Shown: piece after piece, positions 49,817 through 59,124 of the stretch
Layout: every line of letters begins with the position of its first letter
Numbering within the stretch: position 1 is the first letter of the stretch
Source: Patescibacteria group bacterium
GTDB taxonomy: Bacteria > Patescibacteriota > Patescibacteriia > Patescibacteriales > UBA12465
NCBI GenBank assembly: GCA_041649315.1
Contig: JBAZNJ010000001.1
Coordinates: forward strand, 284,549-348,548
Reading direction: 5' to 3'
Length of the DNA: 64,000 bases
The notes under the pieces: generated by a model
Told to the model about the DNA's origin: nothing
The model's database searches: none
What the model saw: the letters and a program-made list of their open reading frames with translations, nothing else
Position numbers and translations under genes: made by a program

Positions 49817-51190
49817 ATGCCTAAAAAAATATTAATCCTCGCTCTCTTGTCCGTCTTTATGCTTACGACCGGTTTTGGCTGTAAAACAACGGATAAAGAA
49901 ACCCGGGAAGCAATGCAACCGATTACCCTCACTTATTGGCGGGTCTTTGACGATACTGATGCCTTTGATGAAATAATCGCTAAATATAAAGCCCTGCATC
50001 CTTTCGTCACCATAAACTACCGCAAACTCCGCTACGATGAATATGAAAATGAATTGCTAAACGCCTTAGCCGAAGATCGCGGCCCAGATATTTTTTCTAT
50101 CCATAACACCTGGCTCAGAAAATACCAAACGAAATTAGCTCCGATGCCGCCGACAATTACTATGGCTTATCCGATCGTCAAAGGAACAATTAAAAAAGAA
50201 ACCGTGCCGGAACTGCGCGTCACCAATAGCTTGACCTTGAAGCAGATAAAAGATAATTTTGTCGACGCCGTAAGCAATGATGTAATACTTGATGATGGCC
50301 TGGTTTATGGCTTGCCCTTATCAGTCGATACTCTAGTGATGTATTATAACCGAGATTTATTCAACAACGCCGGCCTGATCGCCCCGCCCGCTTATTGGAA
50401 CCAGGAATTTTTACAAGACGTAAAAAAATTAACTAAGTTAAACGTAAGTCAGGAAATCGTTCAATCCGGCGCCGCTTTAGGCGCGGGAAACGTTAATCGC
50501 TTCAGCGATATTTTGTCCGTCCTGATGATGCAGAACGGCGCGATTATGATGGAAAACGGAAAATCCGCTTTTAATCTTGTGCCGAACGTATTCAAAGAAA
50601 CGGGTTATAATCCCGGCCTTGAGGCCCTGCGCTTCTATACGGATTTTTCCAATCCGGCCAAAGAGGCCTATTCCTGGAACAATGGACTGCCAAATTCTTT
50701 AGAAATGTTTATCAGCGGCAATCTGGCAATCATGTTCGGCTATGCTTATGATCTGCCGACCATTAAAGCCCAGGCGCCAAAACTTAATTTCTCAATCGCG
50801 CCACTGCCACAAATCGAAGGAAATCCGCCGACCAATATTAATTTTGCCAATTACTGGGTCGAGGTCGTTTCCAAAAAAAGCAAGCATCAAAACGAAGCCT
50901 GGGATTTCATACAATTCGTGACTGCGGCCGACCAAGCCCGGACTTATTTAGCAAAAACAAAAAAACCGACCGCCCTGCGCGCCTTAGTGCCGGAACAGAG
51001 AGATGATGACGAAATCGGCGTCTTCGCCAGACAGGTCTTAACGGCAAAAAGCTGGTACAAAGGGAAGAATCCCTTAGCGGCGGAAACCGCGATTAAAGAA
51101 ATGATTGAAGCGGTTATCAACAATCCTTTAGAAAAAATCCAGGATATAATCAATGCCGGCGCGGCCAAGGTCCAACAAACAATAAATTAA
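49817..51190 (+). CDS. ABC transporter extracellular solute-binding protein (family 1, carbohydrate-type)
   Basis: Signal peptide with GC near its end; solute-binding-protein-like composition (YWRVFDD..., LPLSVDTLVMYYN). Confidence 0.65.
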   Translation: MPKKILILALLSVFMLTTGFGCKTTDKETREAMQPITLTYWRVFDDTDAFDEIIAKYKALHPFVTINYRKLRYDEYENELLNALAEDRGPDIFSIHNTWLRKYQTKLAPMPPTITMAYPIVKGTIKKETVPELRVTNSLTLKQIKDNFVDAVSNDVILDDGLVYGLPLSVDTLVMYYNRDLFNNAGLIAPPAYWNQEFLQDVKKLTKLNVSQEIVQSGAALGAGNVNRFSDILSVLMMQNGAIMMENGKSAFNLVPNVFKETGYNPGLEALRFYTDFSNPAKEAYSWNNGLPNSLEMFISGNLAIMFGYAYDLPTIKAQAPKLNFSIAPLPQIEGNPPTNINFANYWVEVVSKKSKHQNEAWDFIQFVTAADQARTYLAKTKKPTALRALVPEQRDDDEIGVFARQVLTAKSWYKGKNPLAAETAIKEMIEAVINNPLEKIQDIINAGAAKVQQTIN

Positions 51191-51232
51191 TCAAGCGAAC
51201 CGTAAATTAATTCAGCAACAGTCCATAAATTT

Positions 51233-51673
51233 ATGTCTAAAACATGGAAAAAAATTACAATCGGGCTTTTTCTTCTACTTTTAAGCGTCGGCCTAATCGG
51301 TTTAAGCGGCGCGGCGCAAGCGCAAATAGTAGACAACACCTCGTCTAAGTATCGAACAGGAAATTACGATCTGGATGATTTTATTCGTTTAATCATAACT
51401 GCTTCCCAATGGCTCCTCGGTATCGTCGGCTCCTTGTCCCTAATAATGTTTATTTACGGCGGCGTGATGTTTTTAATCTCCGCCGGTTCAAGCGACTCGG
51501 TCGCCAAGGCAAAAAAAATAATCATTGCCGCGGTTATCGGCCTGATCATTGTTTTTTCCAGCTGGCTCCTGATCGGTTTCGTTCTCCGGACCCTTAACCC
51601 GAATATCCATTGGATCGGCATGAAAGTTGATATTAATGAAATAAAAAAAGTTGATATTAATGAAATAAAATAA
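51233..51673 (+). CDS. Secreted two-TM pilin-like protein (VirB2/TrbC-like topology). Paralogue of the 56744..59544 array, with a C-terminal KVDINEIK duplication.
   Basis: Signal peptide ending AAQAQ, then IVGSLSLIMFIYGGVMFLISAGSSDSVAKAKKIIIAAVIGLIIVFSSWLLIGFVL. The block layout is the same as in the six array members. Confidence 0.6.
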   Translation: MSKTWKKITIGLFLLLLSVGLIGLSGAAQAQIVDNTSSKYRTGNYDLDDFIRLIITASQWLLGIVGSLSLIMFIYGGVMFLISAGSSDSVAKAKKIIIAAVIGLIIVFSSWLLIGFVLRTLNPNIHWIGMKVDINEIKKVDINEIK

Positions 51674-51675
51674 GC

Positions 51676-52008
51676 ATGAACTTCTTTGTCCCGAAAAAAA
51701 TCGACGCGGAAAACAGTTGGGGCGAAAAATTGCGCTTAGCTCGAGAAGGGCGCGGCTTAGAAATAGAAGAAATCGCGAAAAAAATAAATATCCGTAGCGA
51801 TTACTTAAAAGCGTTGGAAGAAGAGCGCCTTGACCTCCTGCCGGCCGGTTTGTATGGAAAAAATTTCTTGAAAGAATATGCCGGCTTCCTGGGGCTTGAA
51901 GCTAAAAACCTGATTGAAGAACATGGCGAAATGGCTACCGAAAATATTTCTGATCCTTTTTCTAAAAAAATAGTTAAAAAAATAAATTCCTGGTTTTCCC
52001 GAAAATAA
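51676..52008 (+). CDS. HTH domain protein (RodZ N-terminal-like). Possibly the 5' part of a frameshifted gene continuing in 52023..52331.
   Basis: LRLAREGRGLEIEEIAKKINIRSDYLKALEEE HTH_25-like region. Confidence 0.5.
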   Translation: MNFFVPKKIDAENSWGEKLRLAREGRGLEIEEIAKKINIRSDYLKALEEERLDLLPAGLYGKNFLKEYAGFLGLEAKNLIEEHGEMATENISDPFSKKIVKKINSWFSRK

Positions 52009-52022
52009 TCAGAAATATCCTC

Positions 52023-52331
52023 TTGCTGGCGATCGGAATAATTTGCTTTCTTTACTTGCTTTTTTACCTGAAAAAAATTTTTCTCGCACCAGAACTTATC
52101 GTCACCCAACCGGATCGCAATCTCCTAATTTCCGAAAACTCTTTATTGATTACGGGGAAAACCGAACCGGAAGCCGAAGTAAAAATAAACGGCGAAGTTA
52201 TCCTAAACAACAACCAAGGACAATTTTCCCAAGTTATTAATTTAAAGAAGGGCCTAAACGACCTGGAAATTACCGCCCAAAAAAAATACAGTCGGGAAAA
52301 AATCGTCACCAGGCAGATTTTAGTAGAATAA
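52023..52331 (+). CDS. TM-anchored beta-rich domain protein (TTG start in the ORF track). Possibly the 3' part of a RodZ-like gene.
   Basis: TM helix then ITGKTEPEAEVKINGEVILNN...LNDLEITAQ (Ig-like). The upstream frames overlap across an A-run at 51965..51980. Confidence 0.4.
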   Translation: MLAIGIICFLYLLFYLKKIFLAPELIVTQPDRNLLISENSLLITGKTEPEAEVKINGEVILNNNQGQFSQVINLKKGLNDLEITAQKKYSREKIVTRQILVE

Positions 52332-52468
52332 ACCTTAATCAGCTCCGACAAATATTATTAGTAGAGTAGATCATAACTGACCCTAGTAAATATTACTGAA
52401 ATAAAATTTAACCGATAACAAAAAACGCCGACGACTTAATAATTAGGGAAAATATTTATCATAAATAT

Positions 52469-53020
52469 ATGGAAGAAATAAAAAAAACCGCCCTCCTTGA
52501 CATTGAAACCATTTTGAATAAAATGGATATCGGCGAGCGGCAAAAAGTCGCCGAGCTCGGTTGCGGCAATAACGGCTTCTTTGTCTTTCCTTTAGCCCGA
52601 CTTGTTGGCCGCTACGGGAAAGTTTACGCGGTTGATATCCTAAAATCAACGCTTGAAGAAATCCGGAAAGAAGCCGTGAAAAAAAATCTGGCCCAAATTA
52701 TGCCGATCTGGAGTAATCTAGAAATCTTCAAAGCTACGGATATTGAAGCCAGTAGTATTGATAACGCTCTTTTGGTAAATATTCTCCATCAATCCGATAA
52801 GCGCTTAGAAATCCTTAGAGAGGCCATCCGGCTTTTAAAACGGAACGGGAAATTGCTGATTATTGAATGGAAAAGCGCGGATATCCCGCTCGGACCGGCT
52901 CCGGAACGGCGCGTTAAAATAGAAGCGTTAAAAGCGGCTGCTCCGAAAATCGGCTTGGACTTGATTGAGGAATTTGAAGCCGGACCTTTCCATTACGGTT
53001 TAATCTTTGTTAAATTATAA
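52469..53020 (+). CDS. Class I SAM-dependent methyltransferase
   Basis: VAELGCGNNGFF motif I. Confidence 0.6.
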   Translation: MEEIKKTALLDIETILNKMDIGERQKVAELGCGNNGFFVFPLARLVGRYGKVYAVDILKSTLEEIRKEAVKKNLAQIMPIWSNLEIFKATDIEASSIDNALLVNILHQSDKRLEILREAIRLLKRNGKLLIIEWKSADIPLGPAPERRVKIEALKAAAPKIGLDLIEEFEAGPFHYGLIFVKL

Positions 53021-53038
53021 TATTTTCATCAACCTTGT

Positions 53039-53422
53039 ATGAACAACTTATTAACCTTAGCTTATTGGTTTAATCTTCGTCCCGGGGCCTTAATCCCGGC
53101 CGGTCAAAGAATCTTTATCGCCGGCCTCGTTATCTTGATTGCCGCTTCAATTATAATCGCTATTTTTAAAAAAAGGGGTGGAATCTATCGTGGCTTCCTT
53201 AACCGCCTATATGTCTTTTCCGTTTCTAACGCCGTTCTCGGCCTGATTTTCTTATTCTTTACCCGCGAAGAAATTCCTTTTCTCTCCGCCCGCTTCTGGC
53301 TTCTACTCTGGCTGGTCGCCATGATTGTCTGGTTAATTTTAATTCTTAAAAAATTAAAAGCTATCCCGGCCCAGCGGCAAAAATTAGAGGAAGAAAGGGA
53401 ACGGAAAAAATACCTGCCTTAA
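53039..53422 (+). CDS. Membrane protein
   Basis: 127 aa with three TM helices. Confidence 0.4.
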   Translation: MNNLLTLAYWFNLRPGALIPAGQRIFIAGLVILIAASIIIAIFKKRGGIYRGFLNRLYVFSVSNAVLGLIFLFFTREEIPFLSARFWLLLWLVAMIVWLILILKKLKAIPAQRQKLEEERERKKYLP

Positions 53423-53542
53423 AATCAAAGCTATATACCCTAAACCATCCCTATCCTAGACCGGCTAAACTCGAATAAGCAAAGCATCATTATAAAATCA
53501 TTTCTAACCTAAAAGCTCCGATTTCGGAGCTTTTAAAAACCT

Positions 53543-53911
53543 ATGGCTCTTAGAAAAGAATTAGGTAAGCGCGGTGAAATCTTGGCGCGGCAATATTTGG
53601 AACAGAGCGACTATAAAATTATCGCGGCTAATTTTCGAATCGGCCGGAACGAGTTTGACCTTATCGCTCAATATAAGGGCAAAACTATTTTTTTTGAGAT
53701 AAAAACCCGACTCAAAACCGAAGAGTCGGACAAAGAAAACGGCACCGATTGCTTTTCCGCGAATCAAGCGCAAGGCCTAAAGCGGGCAATAAACGCCTAC
53801 TGCCTTAAAAACCGCTTAGCCGGCGAAAAAGTCCGCCTGGATTTAATAATCGTTTCCGTTAACCCGGAAAAAGGCCGGGCTGATTTAAAACATTATAAAA
53901 ATATTTTTTGA
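53543..53911 (+). CDS. YraN-family (UPF0102) endonuclease-like protein
   Basis: GKRGEILARQYLEQSDYKIIAANFR...EFDLIA...IFFEIKTR (PD-(D/E)xK-like). Confidence 0.65.
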   Translation: MALRKELGKRGEILARQYLEQSDYKIIAANFRIGRNEFDLIAQYKGKTIFFEIKTRLKTEESDKENGTDCFSANQAQGLKRAINAYCLKNRLAGEKVRLDLIIVSVNPEKGRADLKHYKNIF

Positions 53912-53919
53912 ATTTTGTT

Positions 53920-54675
53920 TTATTTTAGCCTTTTCAACCGCCGACGCAAAAACCATAAATTCTTAAAAAACCCCCAGCTGTCTTTTAAAATCCGGACTGA
54001 ACTGGCGCGTCGGATAAAACGATTATCCCGCCAATCAACCGGAATTTCCTTGACCCGATATCCTAAATATTCAGCCCAAACAATTAACTCCGTATCAAAA
54101 AACCAATAATTATCCAAAAGATACGGTTGTAATTTATAAAAAGCTTCTCGCTGAATAGCTTTAAACCCGCATTGAGCATCTTTAATATTATATTTTAATA
54201 AAAATCTGGATAAAAAATTATAAATTTTAGAAATAAGCGCTCGGTTAAACGATCGCTTAGCGCTTCCGCCGGCAATAAAACGTGAACCAATTGTTAAATC
54301 GCTTTCTTTATTAATTATAGGGAAAATTAAAGCGGGAATATCAGTTAAAGCAACCGCTAAATCAACGTCCATATAAACTAAAACATCAGCCCGGCTTTCA
54401 GACCAATATTCTTTAAGCGCTCGGCCTCGGCCGGCCGGAATAATTTCCTTATAATCAATTAAACCGGAAAATTTTTCTTTAAATTCCGCTAAAATCTTAA
54501 CTGAAGAATCTTTAGAGCCGTTAATAAGCCCGATAATCCGCCAAGAAAAATTAAAATTTGCTGTCTGACAATAATTTAATAATTTTTCCAAATTAAGCCG
54601 CAAAATCGCTTCTTCGTTCCTTATCGGTAGACAAAAATCTATTAATAATTTTTTATCTTCATTCATTTTATTCAA
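53920..54675 (-). CDS. Family 2 glycosyltransferase
   Basis: GT2-like N-terminus (CLPIRNEE...DSS...YMDVDLAV DxD-like); overlaps the downstream membrane glycosyltransferase by 8 nt. Confidence 0.6.
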   Translation of the reverse strand: MNKMNEDKKLLIDFCLPIRNEEAILRLNLEKLLNYCQTANFNFSWRIIGLINGSKDSSVKILAEFKEKFSGLIDYKEIIPAGRGRALKEYWSESRADVLVYMDVDLAVALTDIPALIFPIINKESDLTIGSRFIAGGSAKRSFNRALISKIYNFLSRFLLKYNIKDAQCGFKAIQREAFYKLQPYLLDNYWFFDTELIVWAEYLGYRVKEIPVDWRDNRFIRRASSVRILKDSWGFFKNLWFLRRRLKRLK

Positions 54676-56626
54676 CTTTAAATTTTAAAATCCTTTTTTT
54701 ATAAATAACCGAGACTTCATCAAAATAAATTTTTTCCCAAATTGCGGAACTCTCTAAAAATTCTCTCAAATAATTAGGGGAGTTGAGATTTTCCGGTTTA
54801 ATCCAAAAAAGTTTTTCTTCCCATTTTTTAACTTTAATTTCCTTTTCTTTAATCGGAATAAGCACTAGGGCAATCTTATATTGCGCCAACTTGTTTTTAA
54901 TCTTATCATATTTTTCGCTTTCTGCGGTAAATTCGTCAATTCTAAAAAATTCGTAATATTCTTCTAAAAAAGTATGTCCGGCGAATTCAACTTGAGGCAA
55001 GCGTCCGTCAATAAATAATTTTTGTTCCGGCCAAACTCCGATTAAATAACCGCCCCAATTATAACTATTAAAAATTTTTAAATTATTATGCTCCGGATGA
55101 GCCCGTAAAAAATCTATCGCCGCGCAAGGATAATCGCGGCAAAAGGAAACAAAAGGATCTTTTACCGGCCGGATTAAAAATAAATTTAAAAAAATTACCA
55201 ACGATAAGCATGTTAATAAATATATTTTTAACCAAAAAGTAAGATCGCGACGCGGTTTTTTAAAATCTCCTCGCTTGTCAGTGTCCTCAATAAATAAACC
55301 GCCCTTGCTTAAATCCCGCCCAATTTCTCGAATAAACTCCGTACCCATTGAAACCAAAAAACCAAAAGTCGCGACAAACATTAAAGGAAAATGGCGACGC
55401 GATTTAACGCTTAAAAATCCAAATAAAAAAACCAAGGCAAGGGTCCATAAATCCGGTTCATCATCTTTAAAATCTCCCTCAAGCGATCTACTGTCTTGAA
55501 ATTTTTCCGCAACCGATTTATTTTCTTGAAATTCTCCCACAACCGAACTACCCTCCTTACGCTCTCCTGTAAGTTGCTTTCTGCGTCTTTTTTTTAAATT
55601 TAAAAGGTAAAAATAATAAATTATTGCCACGCCCAAAAGCGCTAAATAAGCCAATTGCCAATATTGGAAAGGAAAAGAAAACTGCGGCAACCATTCGCTA
55701 ATATGCGATAAATAAAATTTATCTTTATATCCGGCTAAAAAAGAATACAAAGATAATTTATAAGGAGTAAATAAAGTCGCAAGAAAAGAAAACGCCGTTA
55801 TACCGACAAAAATAATTAATGATCGGGTTTTTAATGGCTTAATCTTTAAAAATAAAAATGAAACCGCTCCCGTTTTATCTTCCGTTCTTATTCCCATCTC
55901 TGTTTTCATCCTTGTTTTTGTTTCCGTTTCTGCCCCCACCAAAATTTTCATTTCCATTTCCGTTTCTATTTTCATTTGCTTTTTTAGCCGCCAAAAATTT
56001 AAAATTTTCTCCAAAATTTTAACCACCAACCATAGCCCCAACAACAAAAACCCCAACAAAAAACTGCCATGCAAATTGGCCCAAAGATAAAATAATGGTG
56101 GTAAAAATAATAAAATCCAAATTTTTTGCTCCCGACGATAAAAATCAAGAATAACTAAAAGAAAAAATAAACATAATAAGCCAAGCTCTTGAACCCGGAC
56201 GCCGAAATGCGGTAGAGAAGCAATCAGTCCAAAAATTTGTAAACCGGCAATCAAAAGTGGGGGGGCTAAGGGCCAACGGCGCCGGGCATAAATATTTAAT
56301 AAAACAAAAACTAGAATAATTAAAAGCGTAAAAATGATTACCATGGCCGAATAACCCAAAGCATCGCCCACTTTAAATAACAAAAAATTACTTAACCATT
56401 CGTGATCAACCCAATCGCCGGTAAAAGTATAATTATAAATATTAGCTTGCGGAACCATTCCGGTTTTAGCAATTTCTTCACCAACCCGCCAATGCCAACC
56501 AAAATCCGGATCAAGATAGCTAAAAGAAGCCCTAATTAACAAACTAAACAGGAAAAGATAGAAAAAAATCCAGAAAATCTTAAGAAAATTATCTTTATTT
56601 GTCTTTTTAAACATAAAAATGGCCAA
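54668..56626 (-). CDS. GT-C fold membrane glycosyltransferase (ArnT/PMT-like) with an internal low-complexity E/T/M/K-rich insert
   Basis: More than 10 TM helices; N-terminal loop DPDFGWHWRVGEE...; operonic with the GT2 gene. Insert METEMEMKILVGAETETKTRMKTEMGIRTEDKT is encoded by degenerate ttttcat(t/c) repeats at about 55870..55990. Confidence 0.5.
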   Translation of the reverse strand: MAIFMFKKTNKDNFLKIFWIFFYLFLFSLLIRASFSYLDPDFGWHWRVGEEIAKTGMVPQANIYNYTFTGDWVDHEWLSNFLLFKVGDALGYSAMVIIFTLLIILVFVLLNIYARRRWPLAPPLLIAGLQIFGLIASLPHFGVRVQELGLLCLFFLLVILDFYRREQKIWILLFLPPLFYLWANLHGSFLLGFLLLGLWLVVKILEKILNFWRLKKQMKIETEMEMKILVGAETETKTRMKTEMGIRTEDKTGAVSFLFLKIKPLKTRSLIIFVGITAFSFLATLFTPYKLSLYSFLAGYKDKFYLSHISEWLPQFSFPFQYWQLAYLALLGVAIIYYFYLLNLKKRRRKQLTGERKEGSSVVGEFQENKSVAEKFQDSRSLEGDFKDDEPDLWTLALVFLFGFLSVKSRRHFPLMFVATFGFLVSMGTEFIREIGRDLSKGGLFIEDTDKRGDFKKPRRDLTFWLKIYLLTCLSLVIFLNLFLIRPVKDPFVSFCRDYPCAAIDFLRAHPEHNNLKIFNSYNWGGYLIGVWPEQKLFIDGRLPQVEFAGHTFLEEYYEFFRIDEFTAESEKYDKIKNKLAQYKIALVLIPIKEKEIKVKKWEEKLFWIKPENLNSPNYLREFLESSAIWEKIYFDEVSVIYKKRILKFKVE

Positions 56627-56743
56627 TACAAGCTATTTTATTTATATTTTAGCATGTCTAAATTTATTTGTCTTGTTTAAAATAATGTGCTAAAATTAGA
56701 GATGTAAAATAAAAAATTATAAAAACTAGAAAGGTGGTGAAAT

Positions 56744-57121
56744 ATGAAAAAAATTTACAAACACTTACTTTCTCTTGCGATTATTTCCGCTTTTGCCGTA
56801 CCGCTAGTGGCCTTTGGACAAGCTGATTTCGGTCTAGAAAACGTTGAGAGCGGATTAAACAACAGCTTAGCGTCCGGAGATCCACGGGAAATCGTCGGCC
56901 GAATTATCCAGGTCGCTTTAAGCTTCTTGGGGGTAATCGCGGTGGTCATCATCTTATACGGTGGCTTTAAATGGATGACCGCGGCCGGGAACGAAGACAA
57001 AACCGCTGAAGCGAAAAAATTATTAGGCGCCGGCGTTATTGGTTTAGTTATTATCTTGGCTTCTTGGGCGCTCGCGACTTTCCTTCTTAACACTCTCAGC
57101 GAACAAATTTCAGCAACCTAA
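56744..57121 (+). CDS. Pilin-like two-TM secreted protein, array member 1
   Basis: Signal peptide, then IVGRIIQVALSFLGVIAVVIILYGGFKWMTAAGNEDKTAEAKKLLGAGVIGLVIILASWALATFLL. Confidence 0.6.
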   Translation: MKKIYKHLLSLAIISAFAVPLVAFGQADFGLENVESGLNNSLASGDPREIVGRIIQVALSFLGVIAVVIILYGGFKWMTAAGNEDKTAEAKKLLGAGVIGLVIILASWALATFLLNTLSEQISAT

Positions 57122-57136
57122 ATTTCAAGAAAATAA

Positions 57137-57210
57137 GTGATTCTCATTTCTAATGGGAATCACTGCCTTGGCCGCGAATCTGATTCCCGCCTAAGGCAGT
57201 GATTATTTTA
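57137..57210 (+). promoter_or_regulatory. Attenuator-like element: two mutually exclusive hairpins, the second a terminator
   Basis: gtgattctcat/atgggaatcact (57137-57164) overlaps gaatcactgcctt ... aaggcagtgatt (57157-57204; 12-bp perfect stem) followed by a T-run. Confidence 0.5.
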
Positions 57211-57666
57211 TCGGACCGGATTATGGCCGCGTCCTCTTTCGTTTATAAAATTATGTTTAAGAAAATAATTTTCATCTCCGTCTTATCTTGCTTCTCGCTG
57301 GCTTTTTTATTTTTAGTCCTTCCGGCTCCGGCGGCCCAAGCGCAGAATATAATATCTGATCCGAGTTCCGGTCTAGAAGAAACCCGAAGCCAAGTTGAAG
57401 CTTTCAAAGATCAAAAAGTTGAACCGACTTTATCCGGTTTCTTGGCGACTAAAGCCGGCCAGATTATTAGTTTAGTCCTATCTTTTGTCGGCGTCTTATT
57501 CTTAATCCTGATGATTTACGCCGGCATTACCTGGATGACGGCGCAAGGAAATGAACAGCAAGTTGCAAAATCAAAAACCCTAATGATCAACGCGGTAATC
57601 GGAATAATTATTGTCTTTGCCGCGTACGCTCTGACTTCTTTCATCGGCCAGGAGCTTTTACAATAA
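57199..57666 (+). CDS. Pilin-like two-TM secreted protein, array member 2 (true start probably the internal Met at about 57223-57253)
   Basis: ...AAQAQ signal peptide; KAGQIISLVLSFVGVLFLILMIYAGITWMTAQGNEQQVAKSKTLMINAVIGIIIVFAAYALTSF. Confidence 0.6.
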   Translation: MIILSDRIMAASSFVYKIMFKKIIFISVLSCFSLAFLFLVLPAPAAQAQNIISDPSSGLEETRSQVEAFKDQKVEPTLSGFLATKAGQIISLVLSFVGVLFLILMIYAGITWMTAQGNEQQVAKSKTLMINAVIGIIIVFAAYALTSFIGQELLQ

Positions 57667-57694
57667 GCCGTTTTACCCTAAACTCCCTATCCAA

Positions 57695-58108
57695 ATGTCT
57701 AAAATCTTCCTAAAAAAACTAGCTGCAATTTTCTTGATTTCTTTTTGCTTAACCGGCGCAACAGTGGCTTTAAGCGCACCGTCCGCTTTAGCTCAAGGGG
57801 AGAGTTATGATTTTAATCGGGACAGCGGCCTAACCAAGGCCGGAGACACGGCCGGCTATGAAACCGGAGCGGACCGAACCTCGGTTGAAGATATTATCAG
57901 TAATGTCATTTATGCGGTTCTGGGCTTAGTCGGTATTATCTTTTTCGGCTTTATAATCTATGGCGGCTTAATATGGATGACCGCGCAAGGTAATGAGGAA
58001 AAAATAAAAAAGGCCACGGATATCGTGATGAACTCTTTATTCGGCCTGATTATTACTTTAGCCGCTTACGGCATCGCCTACTTCTTAATCAGCTACTTTT
58101 GGCAATAG
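57695..58108 (+). CDS. Pilin-like two-TM secreted protein, array member 3
   Basis: IISNVIYAVLGLVGIIFFGFIIYGGLIWMTAQGNEEKIKKATDIVMNSLFGLIITLAAYGIAYF. Confidence 0.6.
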   Translation: MSKIFLKKLAAIFLISFCLTGATVALSAPSALAQGESYDFNRDSGLTKAGDTAGYETGADRTSVEDIISNVIYAVLGLVGIIFFGFIIYGGLIWMTAQGNEEKIKKATDIVMNSLFGLIITLAAYGIAYFLISYFWQ

Positions 58109-58111
58109 TTT

Positions 58112-58528
58112 ATGAATAAAGTAAAGATAGTTTTTCTAACCTTAATTTTAACGGCGACGGCGCTCGGCGGCTTCTTATTCGACCCGGTTCAGGCCGCGCT
58201 TTTAAAACCGGATAAACGTGATGATCTTGAAGACTATTCTTATATCGTGGCCGAGGACAGCGGCTACCAAATGGAAAAACAAGAGCTTGAAGATATTATC
58301 GCCAACATCGTCCGAATGGTTCTCTCGGTTATCGGCGCCATTTTCGTTACTTTAATTTTCGTGGCCGGCAACCAATGGATGCAAGCGGCCGGCAATGAAG
58401 AAAAAATTAAGAAATCCAAGGGTAGGATTCAATCCGCCTTAGTCGGCCTGGTTATTATTCTGATTGCCTATGCTTTAAGCGCGGGTTTTTCCGGGGTATT
58501 AAGCTCTCTTATCCAGGGGCGCGGATAA
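58112..58528 (+). CDS. Pilin-like two-TM secreted protein, array member 4
   Basis: IIANIVRMVLSVIGAIFVTLIFVAGNQWMQAAGNEEKIKKSKGRIQSALVGLVIILIAYALSAGF. Confidence 0.6.
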   Translation: MNKVKIVFLTLILTATALGGFLFDPVQAALLKPDKRDDLEDYSYIVAEDSGYQMEKQELEDIIANIVRMVLSVIGAIFVTLIFVAGNQWMQAAGNEEKIKKSKGRIQSALVGLVIILIAYALSAGFSGVLSSLIQGRG

Positions 58529-58589
58529 ATTAAGCAGGCAAGCTCACTTATTTGAAAATTTGGGATACTTTAAACTATAAATAAGCTAT

Positions 58590-59120
58590 ATGAAAAAAAA
58601 TCTTATTAAATCCATATTCCTCCTTTTATTTTTAAGTTTTTTTCTTATCCTTCCGGGCCTTGTCTCGGCTCAAACGATAGATCCCTTGCCAGCGACTGTT
58701 TCGGCGCAACGAGATGATTATGTCCCGAGTCCGATAGACCCCTTGCCAGGCACTATCCCGACAAATGAGCCGAACCAATCTATTGTTACTTCGCCTTCCG
58801 GCTCAAGAGCCGCTTCCGGCGAAAGCCCGCTTTTAGGCCGCTTGAAAATCGTGGCGGAACGCGGCGGCTATAATACTGATCCGGCGGTCGCTTCTTCAGC
58901 TCGGATAATCGGATTAGTTGTTAGGGCTCTTCTCGGCTTCACCGGGCTTATCTTCATAGTTTTAATTATAATTAGTGGCTACACTTGGATGACCGCCTCC
59001 GGCAATGAAGAAAAAGTGAAAAAAGCGACTTCAACAATAAAAACCGCAGTAATCGGCTTAATCGTTTCTCTTTCCGCTTATACTCTTTGGACCTTTATTT
59101 TCCAAAGATTAATCAAATAG
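58590..59120 (+). CDS. Pilin-like two-TM secreted protein, array member 5 (longer Pro/Ser-rich variable region)
   Basis: RIIGLVVRALLGFTGLIFIVLIIISGYTWMTASGNEEKVKKATSTIKTAVIGLIVSLSAYTLWTF. Confidence 0.6.
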   Translation: MKKNLIKSIFLLLFLSFFLILPGLVSAQTIDPLPATVSAQRDDYVPSPIDPLPGTIPTNEPNQSIVTSPSGSRAASGESPLLGRLKIVAERGGYNTDPAVASSARIIGLVVRALLGFTGLIFIVLIIISGYTWMTASGNEEKVKKATSTIKTAVIGLIVSLSAYTLWTFIFQRLIK

Positions 59121-59124
59121 CTTT

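Noticed and set aside
55870-55990. Degenerate ttttcat(t/c) tandem repeats inside the GT-C glycosyltransferase gene, read as a possible phase-variation tract
   Set aside because: The repeats are imperfect and in frame, encoding an E/T/M/K-rich linker. They are more likely a low-complexity insertion than a slipped-strand switch.
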